Shown here: one piece after another, positions 51,501 to 62,706 of the stretch | Numbering within the stretch: position 1 is the first letter of the stretch | How the letters are laid out: every line of letters starts with the position of its first letter | Origin: Raillietiella orientalis | Lineage: Eukaryota | Direction: 5' to 3' | DNA length: 64,000 nt | NCBI GenBank assembly: GCA_036172245.1 | Contig: JAYWIR010000002.1 | Coordinates: 248,001 to 312,000, forward strand | Translations under genes and position numbers: made by a program | The notes under the pieces: model-generated | Told to the model about the DNA's origin: nothing | Database searches by the model: none | What the model saw: only the letters and a program-made list of their open reading frames with translations

Positions 51501-54500
51501 AGAAATCGGCTTGCGCATGCACCCACAGGGATGATGCCCCACTTCCTCAGCAAGGAGGAACAATGACAAAGTCAACAAGGAAGGCAGAAACAGCCGACAA
51601 ATGCAGTTATTTCTCTCCGAACTGTCCAGCCAAGGAGACTTTCCATTGGAAACTCATAGGGAAGAAAGTCTGCTCTGATGGCGAAGAGGCAAGAGAAACA
51701 GGGACTCTTCTGACGCAGATGATTCTCTTTATATCTTGCGCTGTAGTCACAGAAGGCATATCACTGAAAGGAAAAAAAAAACACTGGAACTCGGAGGCAC
51801 ATGAAGAGCACCACAGACCCGCCGAAGCATTAGAAAAAGACAATTGAGAAAAGCTGATCAGGAAGAGGATGAGTTCCACGGATATTCCCGGAGTCTCCGA
51901 GTGGGAGTTGCTTGGCGCTGAAAAAACCCCCTCGGCACCTTGGGGTCGACGGGATCTCGACAAGCTCCCACTCGAAAGGAGGATTAATGGAGCACATCCC
52001 TGAGTCGCAGTCCATATTCAAAGGTCGACTCAAGGGGATGGGAAAGACCGCTTCCACTTCAGATCAGGGGTTGCCACAGATCGTGATCAATCCTTGCATG
52101 AGCGCTGAGCGTTCCACACCTTGAGCGTTCCACCGGCAGCCATTAACTCTTTGCCAGAGAAATCGTGCAGGCAGGTTGCGCAGTGCGAATGCTGGATGAC
52201 AACGCACCTCGGCATTTCCTGAAATCCCCCTGACTCAGCAGGGATTCTAGAAACCGAGAAGCCTGCTAGTGGCTACACTAAAGTCAACTAGTCAGGAGCC
52301 GGAACAAAGAGCAAATGTTCCCAGCATCTGTATCGAATCCTGGATCACAAAGAAAGTGGGATATAGCAAAATGCAAAGATTGCCCATGAAACCAAAGAGC
52401 CTTTTATTCAGATGACAAGAAGAAAAGAAAAGAAACGAGGTGATGATGAATTTGGCGAAAGAGAAGTTCCACCTTGTTTTAGGACGTAGCTATGGTATCC
52501 AAGCTCTTTTCAATGCGCGGCGGTAATACCATCAGATGCTGCAATGGGGTACCAAGTTAACAGATGATCCTAGACTGGATAGTACATTCCTCATTATCTA
52601 CAAGGACTCAAAGCACTATCTTTTGGGTATTTTAATTTCCGCTCAACCTCCGCGGAGAAACAAGACAAGGACGCAGCTGAACCACAGAATGCTTTGATTA
52701 CTGATTCCACGATATTCATCATCATCACATGGCGAAGAGACAACTCGCCGTCCAGCCTACTCTGGAGCCGAGTGTTCATCCGTTTCCATTCCTTCCCAGC
52801 GCAGCTAGCAGTGCCACAAACATGGACCTCTCTCTGCTACCCTACACCTTCCCTTCTTGGTTTGTTTCTGGTGGGAAATTTTGCTTCTTCCTGTGAGTTG
52901 ACTCTTTCTGTCCTGATTCCCGGCAACGAATCTTGGATGGCAGCAAGACCGATCTAAAAGAATGTCCTCACTTCCCTCTGGTCCTTCCACCTAAGATGTT
53001 CTGAAGAGCTGAGCAGCTTCTTGAGCTTCTTGCAATGCATTTTTCTGTTGCCAGCGTCTTCTTCCAAAGCTGCTGCTCTAGGGAGCTGAGAGTGGAACTG
53101 CTTCTCGAATCTTCCATCTTCCTGCGCTTCTTCCCGATCCACTTTGCGCTATGTCCCCATCCTACCCACGCGTGGCGAGCCAATCTGCTTCCGACCGATT
53201 CTTCTTTGGCTTCCGGCTGATTCGCGGTAGAGAATTTTGTGGATCGGGCTAGGCTTCCAAGCAAAGAGGAGAAAGCTTCCTCCCGCTTCGAAATCTCAAT
53301 GCTGGGATTAGGGTATATTCCCTGGTTGCAGCGTTTTCATTCTGACATCAGCTCACCGCATGAACGTGACCCAGGGGAGCAAAAGAAAGGTAGCGTATTC
53401 TTGGATAAGCGCATGGAGACTCCAGAACCGTCGAGGAACAGGAAGGAGACGAGCTCATCCTCTCAACAGGAGCAGCAAGATTCTTCTACAGAAGTGATGG
53501 GAACCAAGAGGAATTCTTGGGAAAAAAGGGAGAGGAGCAAATGCATACGGAAGCCGCGGTTGGGCGACAACTCCTTTGTTTCCGAAAGAGAGTGGGGGAT
53601 GATCCAGGGGTGATGCTTTCTGTGCCTTTCTTCCGTCCTCATCAAAAGCAAACGAAATGCAAGGAGAATAAACGCGTCTTCCTTTCTAGAAGTATTCCTC
53701 TGTGCTTACCCGAACGCCCCTCCTCAAGGAGCTGTCACGGTCGACAACAAAATCGCGTCCTACCGGTGCGAGCCCGGATACTCCCTCGAAGGAAACCCTG
53801 AACGATTCTGCATGGATTCGGGAAGATGGACGGGCAGCACTCCTACATGCACAGGTAGAGGCGCACCTGGCACACGCTGTCTCCATCTCGGCTTTCGTCC
53901 ATCCCAGTGATCCGCTGCCCTCCACCGGACGGCCTTCCCGGGGGGAAGTTTTCAGTATTCCCTGCTTCCGAAGGCAGGTCGGGGCACCTTCCAGGAACGG
54001 TCGTGAGGTACTCTTGCTTCCCTGAGTCGGTCATCGTTGGGAGCAGGGAGAGGAGATGCGACGGCTCTGGTTTCTGGACGGGGATGTCGCCTCGGTGCAT
54101 GAGTCCTCAGCCAACCTTCCTTGCCGGATCTTCCCCGTCAGAGTACCGCTGCAACCCGCCGCCGCACGTTCCAAATGCCGACGTGGAGGTCGCAGGGCAC
54201 GCAGCGTACTACCGTTGCAAGCCAGGATACGCCATGCGGGAAGGTGAGCGGCCAACGACTCCTGCGGCCCACCTCTCGCGGTGCTCTTCTCCTTCAGGTT
54301 CCAACTCCACCTCGTTGCACGTCAGTGTCTGTCGGGCCAACGCTACGTGGACTGACATTTCCGTGATCTGCTCACCTACAGGAGGATTTCACCAGTGTAG
54401 CGGAGTCTCTTCCTCGATCGCAGCGATCTCTGGGGGTCTTTTGATCGCACTTCTGGTACTCGTCCTCATCTTGTTGATCTACACGCTTTACAGGTGAGTG

Positions 54501-57500
54501 CCAAGGAAAGGCCGTGATCAGTTTTCGGTATGAAGGGAGATCGGGGTGGCGAAGATGTGTCCCGAGATAAAGTACAGCCAAGGGCCATGGTTGAGATGGA
54601 GGTGGGGAAATCGATGAAGGCGTTTGGAACTCTGACGGAGAGGATGCGGTGTTGGCCGCAAGTCACGAGGGTAGGGAAATGGGTCGAGGTGCGTGCCTTG
54701 TGGGAGTTCCGGGAATAACCTTTGGCGCTCCTCTTGGATGTCGCGTTCGATACATCATCCTCAACGTTCGGATCCAAGCAGAAGGATCTTAGGAATTGTC
54801 CTTGCTACGTGTAGAGCCACGACGGGTCTCTGTAGACATTTCTCTCCCTTTTATCCAACCAACTTTCTTCTCTCCAGCTTCTGCTTCTCCCGGAATTTCC
54901 GGCGATCAACATTTAAAAGAAAAAAAAAAACATGTTGCTGACGCCAAACTCGGAAAGAATAACTCCATGCAACCCCCCAGACGGTCTTTTGCGTTCAGGA
55001 AGCAGAGGTGGTCTAGGGTGCTGAAGCTCACTGACGTGGTTGGATCATACCCCTGAGGACACGATCGTCCACTGGAAAACTGAGTAGAAGGAAACTCTTT
55101 CGGAAACGGCTAGAGGGGAGCGATTTGCCGCTGGCGCAATCCAGTCAGACCCTTGCTTCCGACCCGCTCTTGGGCTAGGCAGCTCCATAAAAAAAAAAAA
55201 ACACCTTCAGGCCACCTGCCATCCTGACTTTGGCCCGTTTTCATCACGCATGAAATGAACTTTGGTCTGCGTCCTGCCTGAACGCAGACCTTCCTTCCAA
55301 ATGCCTTCCGTTTCCGGTGTACCGACGCGTCGGCGGTTCTCTCGTGATGCAGATGAATAGCGCTGGAGCATCACTTGTTGCGTTTCAAAAAACGCGTGCC
55401 AGCAATAAGTCCCTATCCTTTGTTTTCCCACCGGACACTGCGATCCTCTTCTTCCGTCTGGGTAAATCCAACGAGTCTTCCTCCTTCTTCCAAGTATGCA
55501 ACGAGCAACACTTGCCGATTCATCTTTCCACATGATTTCCATCTTGCTGCCTTGTTTCCTATCGTCTTTAAAGTTTTACCAGCCTCGTCTGTACACAATG
55601 TTCGGATTCTTGGGTCTCGGTGACTTCGAGGAATGCCCACTCCGGTGATTTTGGCATGTTCACGGGGGAAGACGGATGTCTCGTTGATTAAGCTGCTAAG
55701 AGTTGGGAATGGACTCTTCGATGTCCTTACCAGGAACACGAGGACTGGTTTTCTTCACATGCGCCTTGGGCGCATGACCTTGGAAGAGATTTGCGAGCTT
55801 CCAAGTGGAGGAGTCTCCGAGTCACTCCGATGCACCCACGAAGTTGAGCAGCAAGTTCTTGAGTATTTGGAGAACCGAAAACGAGAAAAACCGTGAAAAG
55901 GTGCTGATGGAAAGCAGAAAAATGGATTAGCATTCCATCATCATAGGGATTCCGTCCACCAGCCCAAGGTCAAGCTATTAAGATAAAGACCCACTGAATA
56001 GAAGACGAAAACAATGAACTCGATGGAACCATGTCACGATGAAAAGAAAGAGTATCGGAAATGGCTTAGTGAGACCTCGAAGAGGCGGTGCTCCAATAAT
56101 ATTTGGAATTTCATGCTTCCTCCATTTTGTCACGTTCACCCCCTGATTTATTAAGAGCGCATCTGATTTTCATGCAATCAAGACAAAGAGGTCTTAGTAG
56201 TTCTCTTGTGATGGACGTGAATAATGCTGGAGCATCACGTGCTGCATTTCGAAATGGACCAGCATGATAAAAGTCAATGCAAAGGAGGGTGGCAGCAAAT
56301 CTAACTCAGCCAGCTCTTGAGTCGAATAGGTCAAGTTTAAGGCTGAGAGACGGGGAAATTGCGTGAGAAAATTGTGCGCTGTTTCGTCATCGTACCTTCG
56401 AGGAACTTCGGTTTCTGCACACCTTAGGAGTGCTGCAAGCTGTCATCCAACAGTGCCCTTTCATGTTCCATTCCGACATCGGTCACACTAATGCTGTTTG
56501 CCCTACCTTCCGTTGCCTGACAGGGTGCTTCCCTCTCCTGCACAGGATTTCGACTCGTGGTCACCAGGAGTACTCATTTTGGATTCTTCGGTTTTGAGAG
56601 AGAGGTCGTAGGAAGATCCCCTACTTGCACCGACTCCAGGGACGCTAATTAGGAGCTCTCTCGCGATTTGCTCTTTCTCGGCTGGCGACTCAGCCCCCAG
56701 CGTACGCCACGCTTGCGGTAGCCATGACGGCTCCTTGGAATGGCTCTGATGTTTGAAGTGAATGGTATCATAAGGGTCAAAACCGCAAGCTAAAGAAACA
56801 CCATGACCGCACACACTGCTGTAAAGAAACCGAATTACCAAAAAAAAAAATGCTAAAGTCGATCACACGTAATTTCGTAACAATTTCATTTAAAAATTCC
56901 ATTCATAGATTCAATACGACTTTTTGAATTCCGATGTTCACCTCTTCCAGAACCACGGAAATAAAAACCGGCGTGTAAAGACGCGTTCCTCATTTCCTTC
57001 TGCTGCTAGCAGGAGATTACAGCGGTTCGGAACGAACGAATAAATGAACAAAATGTCCCGTAGATGCGCAAACGGGAAGGGAAAAAAAATTTCCACGATC
57101 ACCCTTTTTCCTGATCGAGCGAATCCACTTTGATGTCGATCCCAGTTTGGAAGAGAGCGCTTGCTCAGGCTAACCTTGCGTTTCCTTGACGACTCATCCT
57201 GCAAACTCCGGGGCGGGAAATTCGAAGCAAGAATATAAAAAATTATGTCAGGAGATGCAGATGTGTTCTGGGATCACAAGACAGTGATGCTGTTTCAGGC
57301 TCAAGATGCAATCCAAAAATGCTCCATCTGCAGTGGCCAGGAGCCGCGCCAACGGGAGCTGCGATAGAAGGGGATGCTCGGCGGATGAGAAGCCTTCGAA
57401 AGCCGACTTGGGCAGAGCTGTGTATGACGAATGCTACTTCACGGAAACGCTGTACGAGACCGTCTGTCCCATCACCAGCGCCTACGTACGAAACGAACTG

Positions 57501-57653
57501 TTTCCCGGGCCTCCGGAACCTTTGCAGAAGAGAGACAATACGGAGCAGTCGAAATCTACGGGCACGCCTTTCACGTACAGCATCCCCGAACCATCTGGTC
57601 CTTTGTATGCAACCATCGACAAGTCCAAGCGTAAGAAAGAAGAAAACGTTTAA
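39478..57653 (+). CDS. Type I transmembrane sushi/CCP + F-type-lectin-like (FTP, F5/8C fold) receptor, ~555 aa, related in architecture to furrowed/CG9095; join(39478..39529,45200..45382,50682..50870,50927..51157,53690..53854,53908..54102,54142..54243,54298..54493,57299..57653)
   Basis: Phase-1 symmetric exons encode four CCP domains (e.g. FCRHPGLPKHG...SFSCDEGY...CRSDGSWNKKIPFC) and an FTP domain (NL...SSQSGT...LAIDGD..TCSYT...WWKVELG...LCEVEVY). These are followed by a TM (IAAISGGLLIALLVLVLILLIYTLY) and a phase-2 join to a Tyr-rich tail. The joined frame is open to TAA 57651-57653. Confidence 0.85.
40151..40863 (-). mobile_element. tRNA-derived SINE-like element, copy B (in receptor intron 1)
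   Basis: The reverse complement carries the head ggccgtgtgg...ggtaccaagcgttgcggcttcgaatccc and a body collinear with copy A (e.g. cttacgcttagtaggggaac). Confidence 0.75.
41979..42908 (+). repeat. ~930-bp direct repeat, copy 2 (in receptor intron 1)
   Basis: Near-identical to 25627-26555. Confidence 0.95.
45200..45382 (+). CDS. Receptor exon: CCP/sushi domain 1
   Basis: Four-Cys plus Trp sushi pattern; ccctcag acceptor and gtgagc donor, phase 1-1. Confidence 0.92.
45500..45700. repeat. Degenerate minisatellite with GTRGAY cores (~16-18-nt units)
   Basis: gatgcaggtgcgtcc-tagacg--gatacacgt occurs twice ~83 nt apart, plus related units. Confidence 0.7.
49020..49385 (-). mobile_element. tRNA-derived SINE-like element, copy C (3' part only)
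   Basis: gccacccgagggtgc...ttcgttcctcttac...gaaccccgaagggacgcttcc matches the bodies of copies A, B and D. Confidence 0.65.
50682..51157 (+). CDS. Receptor exons encoding the FTP/F-type lectin-like domain (50682-50870, 50927-51157)
   Basis: AIDG, WWxVxLG and LCEVEV motifs; 56-nt GT-AG intron. Confidence 0.9.
53690..54493 (+). CDS. Receptor exons encoding CCP 2-4 and the transmembrane helix
   Basis: Three sushi patterns (YRCEPGYSLEG..RFCMDSGRWTGSTPTC etc.) and a long hydrophobic helix, ending at TAC AG|GTGAGT. Confidence 0.9.
57299..57653 (+). CDS. Receptor last exon: cytoplasmic tail with tyrosine motifs
   Basis: The gtttcag acceptor is in phase 2 and continues YR-LKMQSK...; motifs VYDEC, TLYETV, TYSIP, PLYATIDKSK and C-terminal ENV*. 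Confidence 0.72.
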
Positions 57654-59000
57654 TTGTGGACACACCATCGCGCTTCGAAGCTGACGTCCCCCAACCTTGA
57701 GCACTTCCAGGCACGCCGCGTTTACCGGGATCGCGTTCGATTACGGACTCGAAGAAAATCCACGAAGGAACTTGTCGAAAGGGGTGACCCATGCTTCCTG
57801 GGAGAGATGCAACATCCACTCGCTGCCTCAGAGTTGGGAATTTCGGACCGGATTCCACTCTTGCGTGCGGGGAGATGAACTTCGGGGAGCCTCCCTTCAC
57901 GGAATCCAAACTCCCCAAAATTCTCGTGGCGAGAAACCGACATTTGTTTCTTGGGTAGCTTCTGGTCCCATGCATGTAGCTGGTCAGGAAATCGGTGGCA
58001 TGCTGGGTGAAGACCAACCCAACTGTCCATCCGGACGGACACACCCGCCAGTGTGGCACGCTGCGTTCTTCGAATAAACCAGATGCTGGTGATCAGCTGA
58101 AAGCCTTACCTTACCGCCGCCCTCGGGAGGAACCAGCGGCTTCAATTCCTCCGAGAAGGGCAGCATCGTGATCCGTGGGCATCCTAGCAAAAGGATAGAC
58201 GTCCAGAAAGGCACGTCATCCTGCCTCGCACCTGGGGAATCGCGGCGACCGGAAAGGCTCCGCTTGGGGGCTCGCGCGCCAACTCTTTAACATGTGCGCA
58301 CCACGATGTTTCCCTCTGTCAGTAGACGAACACCTCCGTCGCTTTACTGCGTGGCAGAGGGCGCGCGCTTCGTACGCCACCACCATGGCGAGTGATTCAA
58401 ACCGTTCCTCCCTTCGAGAGAGAGAAACCAAAGTCATCTTCCGGGCTCTGAAACGTTTATCAGCTGTGAAACTGAGCAGACATGTTTGCATAAGAAGGAG
58501 ACATGGGGGTGCAGAAAAATTCAGGAGGAGAATCCCCACGCCTTTTCAGCCTGCCACTTCTCTTCCTCTCTCGCTTTGCCGTCAAGAGGCTCCTTTATTT
58601 CACCTGATCACGACAGGATGTTTCTTGTAAAAAAATATTCATAAAAAAAACAGTACACAAAATATAAAAAGTATCTTTTCCCTTCGTAGTGGTTCCACAT
58701 CACCACTACGAATGGAGGTGCCTCGGAGGCGCTGCTTCTCGTGAGCAGCTTTCTGATGAGGTTTGCACCGGAGGAGTGCGGAAGGGGGTAAACAAAATGG
58801 GAAAACACACAAAAGTTCAGTTCCAAAAATGCTGGGAGGGAAGGGATTACGAATTTCTTCCTGGCTTCCTCAGCATCCTCTAGAGGATTCTGGCAACGTC
58901 TTCCTATTGTTGGCAGAGATGCTGACCATCTCGTCGCCTTCCTCATGAAGAAGCAGACTACTGCCGTTCGACGCGACTCCTCGTCGCCACGATCACACGA

Positions 59001-59150
59001 AGGCGAAATGACAAGCAGCTGTTGCAGGTTTCCCAGGAGACCATAGCTCACTATTTCTTTAAGTTTATCAGGATTATTCTGAAAACTTCCCGCTAAACGG
59101 CTGAAGGCCAAGCAGACTGATTCAACACTCTTCCTGTCCTGATGAGTCAA
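59001..59150 (-). pseudogene. TRIP12: Isolated fragment of the HECT E3 ligase TRIP12 (ARM-repeat region)
   Basis: LTHQDRKSVESVCLAFSRLAGSFQNNPDKLKEIVSYGLLGNLQQLLVISP closely resembles TRIP12 [23 protein letters not shown]...LLTNVQQLLVVTP (recalled). There is an apparent frameshift upstream and no further TRIP12 exons in the window. Confidence 0.75.
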
Positions 59151-59282
59151 TGGCCACGAAGGCAGCGCAGGGCTTCAATGGAAGCTTCAGGAGACATCGA
59201 GTCGTGCGCGGAGAGGCGCCGCAAGACCTCTCTGCCGTTGGTCATCGGGAGTGGAAGAGCCGCAGAGAAGAGTTCCCGGACA

Positions 59283-59899
59283 CTCAGGAGAACAGCACAA
59301 TCCAACAACAGGTGCGGGGAGGTTTCCCGTTCTCCACCCCTTCCTGGAACAGTCTGGGACCGCACTACCCCTCGCCCACTGGTGGACTCGTGCGTTGCAT
59401 GGGATTGTCTAGTGCAACAGCTGCAATGCCGAGTCCTGCCACTTCAGAGAAAGCGTAGAGCTATCCACAAACACTGGGGGAATTTCGATGTACTGTAGGG
59501 AAATCGCAAAAAGCTCCATCCAGAGAAGAATTCCTTTTGGGATGGTGGCGGGGGTGCATGCGTCAGCCAGTTGACGTGTCCATCCCACCTTTTTTTCTGC
59601 GATTCTGCGATGTCCTGCAAAATCGCGGGAAATGCATCGCTGTTTCCGCCCTGACGTACGGTGTCCAGCGTGGCTGCAAGTGGGGTGTTTCAGGTGGTCT
59701 TCCTTGGATATTCCATGATTTCCTGCAACGAGCAGAGGGCGTAGTCCGGTTGCTCAGGAGGGCAACACAATCCAACAACAGGTGCGGGGAGGTTTCCTGT
59801 TTCCCGAATCTGGCATAGTCTGGAGTCGCACTGTTCCTCGTCCAGTGCGTTGTATGGGATCACCCAGTGCAACAACTGCAGTGCCAAGTCCTGCCACTT
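59283..59899 (+). repeat. Local diverged duplication (~150-160 bp; 59283-59445 and 59753-59899)
   Basis: Both copies share cacaatccaacaacaggtgcggggaggtttcc...gtgcaaca-ctgca-tgcc-agtcctgccactt. Confidence 0.85.
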
Positions 59900-60224
59900 T
59901 TGGGCAAGTGTTTCAAGAGGTTCCTTTCATTTCGGGTAGGGACCCATCCGAACCTTCCAGTGCACATGCAAGAGGTCCTGCATGCTTGAGCGCCCCATTT
60001 CTTTCCTGACGTGCCCCACCCGTTCCTTGAAAATTTCCAGTTCCTCCCGTGGCTTCCTCGCTGGCCGATTCCCGTGGTCTCATAGTTCACCGCGTACTTG
60101 CAGGGGGAGGCTCTTTGAAGTGGATCCGCGCTCTCAAGGGCAAAAAGGACGTCAGCTACGGACCACTTTCCTAGCCACGGTACTGATCAAAATCCCGAGC
60201 GCCGAAATCTCGAGGTCACAAAAA

Positions 60225-60655
60225 ATAAGATACATGTGTATTATACATAATAATATGTATGTACATTTAGGTATGGATTAATATACAAATTTATCTTAAT
60301 ATGCATATTAATAATATTAAGATTTTAAGCACATATATTTATTAACATATGCATTGAATATTAAAAATTAAAAACATGTTTATCTTATATATTAATGTAT
60401 ATATTTATACACACAATAAATACATGTTAATTGAATGTATAAATATCGAATTCTAAAAAATAAATAATGGTGGTAATTAAAAAAGTGGAAAAAATACATA
60501 TAATAACCATATATATTTATTTTTATAACGAATGCATTAATATGTTAATATATATTAGTAAACATACTAATAATATGTATTTTAATAAATATTAATAAAC
60601 ACTAGTGTTAAAATAAATTTGTATATCAATATATATAACAAGCACGCATTTATTT
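60225..60655. repeat. Extremely AT-rich low-complexity (TA/TAA/TAT) tract
   Basis: Abrupt compositional switch relative to the GC-rich flanks. Confidence 0.85.
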
Positions 60656-60659
60656 GTTA

Positions 60660-61320
60660 CGAGTTTTCGGGACTTGTACAACTGTCCTAGCCATCCTGTT
60701 GGCTACGTGGATCTTCTTGATTGACCAGGCAACAGATCTTATAACAATTGCTCTTACAGCCGCGGGCACTCCTTTGCAGGAGAAGGGGGAGGTCAAGCTT
60801 CAACACTTGCTCCCCTTCCTCTCTGCCTTGCCTCTTCCAAGGCTGCAGATGAATACTCGAAGGGAGACATTCATAATGAGTTCCTTCCCTACTCTCTGGA
60901 GCACCAGGTCCGGCTTTGGCTGCCCGTTTGGTTCCGGGATGGTCTGGCCGGAGGTCACCAACTCCCAGGATCTCAGCGCGGGCTTCCTGATTTGGGTCAC
61001 CCACCTCTTCACGCCTACCCATGGTCGTGCCCTGGTTACGGATGCACCCGTTTGGGATGTGACCAGGGATTTCTCTTGCGTTCCACATCTCCTGCATAGA
61101 CTACCTGAGCTGTCCCTGGAGGAGCAACGTCGGCTCACAGGAGGGAGGTCGGGTCGCGCCTCACGAAACCAACGAGTAGGCCACCTCCCTCTGAACAGAA
61201 AATGCCCAGAGAGGGGACGCTGTTCCACTTGGGATGCGCTCTTCCCGCGATCCGATCACGCTGCCTGGCCACTGAGCCTCTACTTGGCTCCAGGCGATTT
61301 TCTTCCCCATGACTGCTGAG
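60660..61320 (-). mobile_element. Relic 3' end of an RLE-type (R2/R4/NeSL-like) non-LTR retrotransposon
   Basis: Frameshifted CCHC knuckle (LCRRCGTQE / GHIPNGC), upstream PTR motif, and restriction-like endonuclease motif KPDLVL...V...K.SK. The relic may extend to ~61900. Confidence 0.72.
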
Positions 61321-62706
61321 TCCCTAAACGTACTCTTGGATGTTTTACTCTCAGACCTGCATTTTGCCTCGACTCTTCTTGCAGATAAACTCGCGTGCCT
61401 TCCCAGCGTCCAAGAGCTCCTGACGTCGTACAGCACGCATATAAGAATCGCTTGATTAGCACCCACTGAACTGTGGACTCCCCACGAGGGAGGCCCGCAA
61501 GCCCAACTCGTTATCTTCCCACCTCCCGCATATGCGACCTTAGCCGGTACCAGTGAGATGCCAGCTCATAGGCAAGAGACTGAGTCGTTCCATGAGCACC
61601 GACCTCAGTACGCAAGCCGAGCGTGTTGGCTGTTGAAGAGCAAATGTTCCCGATGCTGCCCCACACGAGATGTGGTCTTCTCTGGATGCAGTACGGGACT
61701 CCTATGCTGTTCCTCCTCCCGCGTTGTGTCGCGTGCAGGCTCGCGATGTCTTTGCTAGCGCGCGCGTCAGACGCGAGGCTCCCCCGAAACGCGCTTTTTG
61801 GGTGTTTCCCTTCCAGGTCTCCTCTCCGACTCGAGTCCACCGTATACCTCATGCTTTCCTGCGGTCCTGGAGCTGCGTCATGGTTCTTTCCCATCGTCCT
61901 CCCGTCTCCGCCGATTTCCCGAGTCTTCATCCGTTGGGGGGGCCTTGCGCCTCCCTTATTTATTTATTTTTGGCCGCCGGCCCAGCCTGAGTGCATCGCG
62001 GTGCGCATTAGCCCCCGCTGCTCGCTTTCGATCGGTGGCCTTGACGCCTAGCCGCTCGCACATGCAGCTTCCTTCTTCTCGGCAATTACATGCTCTAATC
62101 ACCACCGAGTGAGAGCACCGTGCCATGCTTTACGCACCTCGTCCGTGGGTCCCGCGGACGACGGTCTATTGGAAACCGCGGTGGCTCACGCCGGCGCGTC
62201 TGTAGCGCTGCCTGACACGTCCTCCTGCCTTCGGATGGGGGAGGAGTTACGTCGCCGATTTTTGGTTCTTTGCTTGGCAGTGCTGAACGCACGAGGAAGA
62301 GTTCCATTCCTCCCAGGAGTTCAGGGGTCTTCTCATCCCGAGAGCGCTCTTAAGTCTCTCTTCCTCTCCTTGAAAGAGACTCTGCTTAAGGTGAACTTCC
62401 CTCTCGAACGATTCCCAGAAGCACTTCTGGGGAAACACTTTCTTCATCCGGTTTGCGAGAACGCCTGCTTCCGTTTCCTTTGAGGTGGCAAATCCCTAAC
62501 GTCTGCACGATGCGATCCCTCCTTCAGAGGTTTGCGTCCTCATTGTTTTTGGCCACATCCAGGTTTCCGAGGCCGTGTCCACGAGTGTTCGCGAGGACCA
62601 CCTCTTTCTTTCCATTTGCTTTCATTACTACAACGGTGCGGCTGTTTTCCGGAGGACCAGCAACTCTGCAGGACTTGGTCCCACGAGCGGGAGACCGCAA
62701 CCATAA

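Noticed and set aside
51158-53689. C-type lectin exon expected from furrowed-like architecture
   Set aside because: No open, phase-compatible exon with C-type lectin motifs was found by eye.
58753-58775. CTGATGA-GGT-TTGC-ACC as a hammerhead ribozyme core
   Set aside because: Followed by GGAG instead of the required GAAA, and no stems I/III were found.
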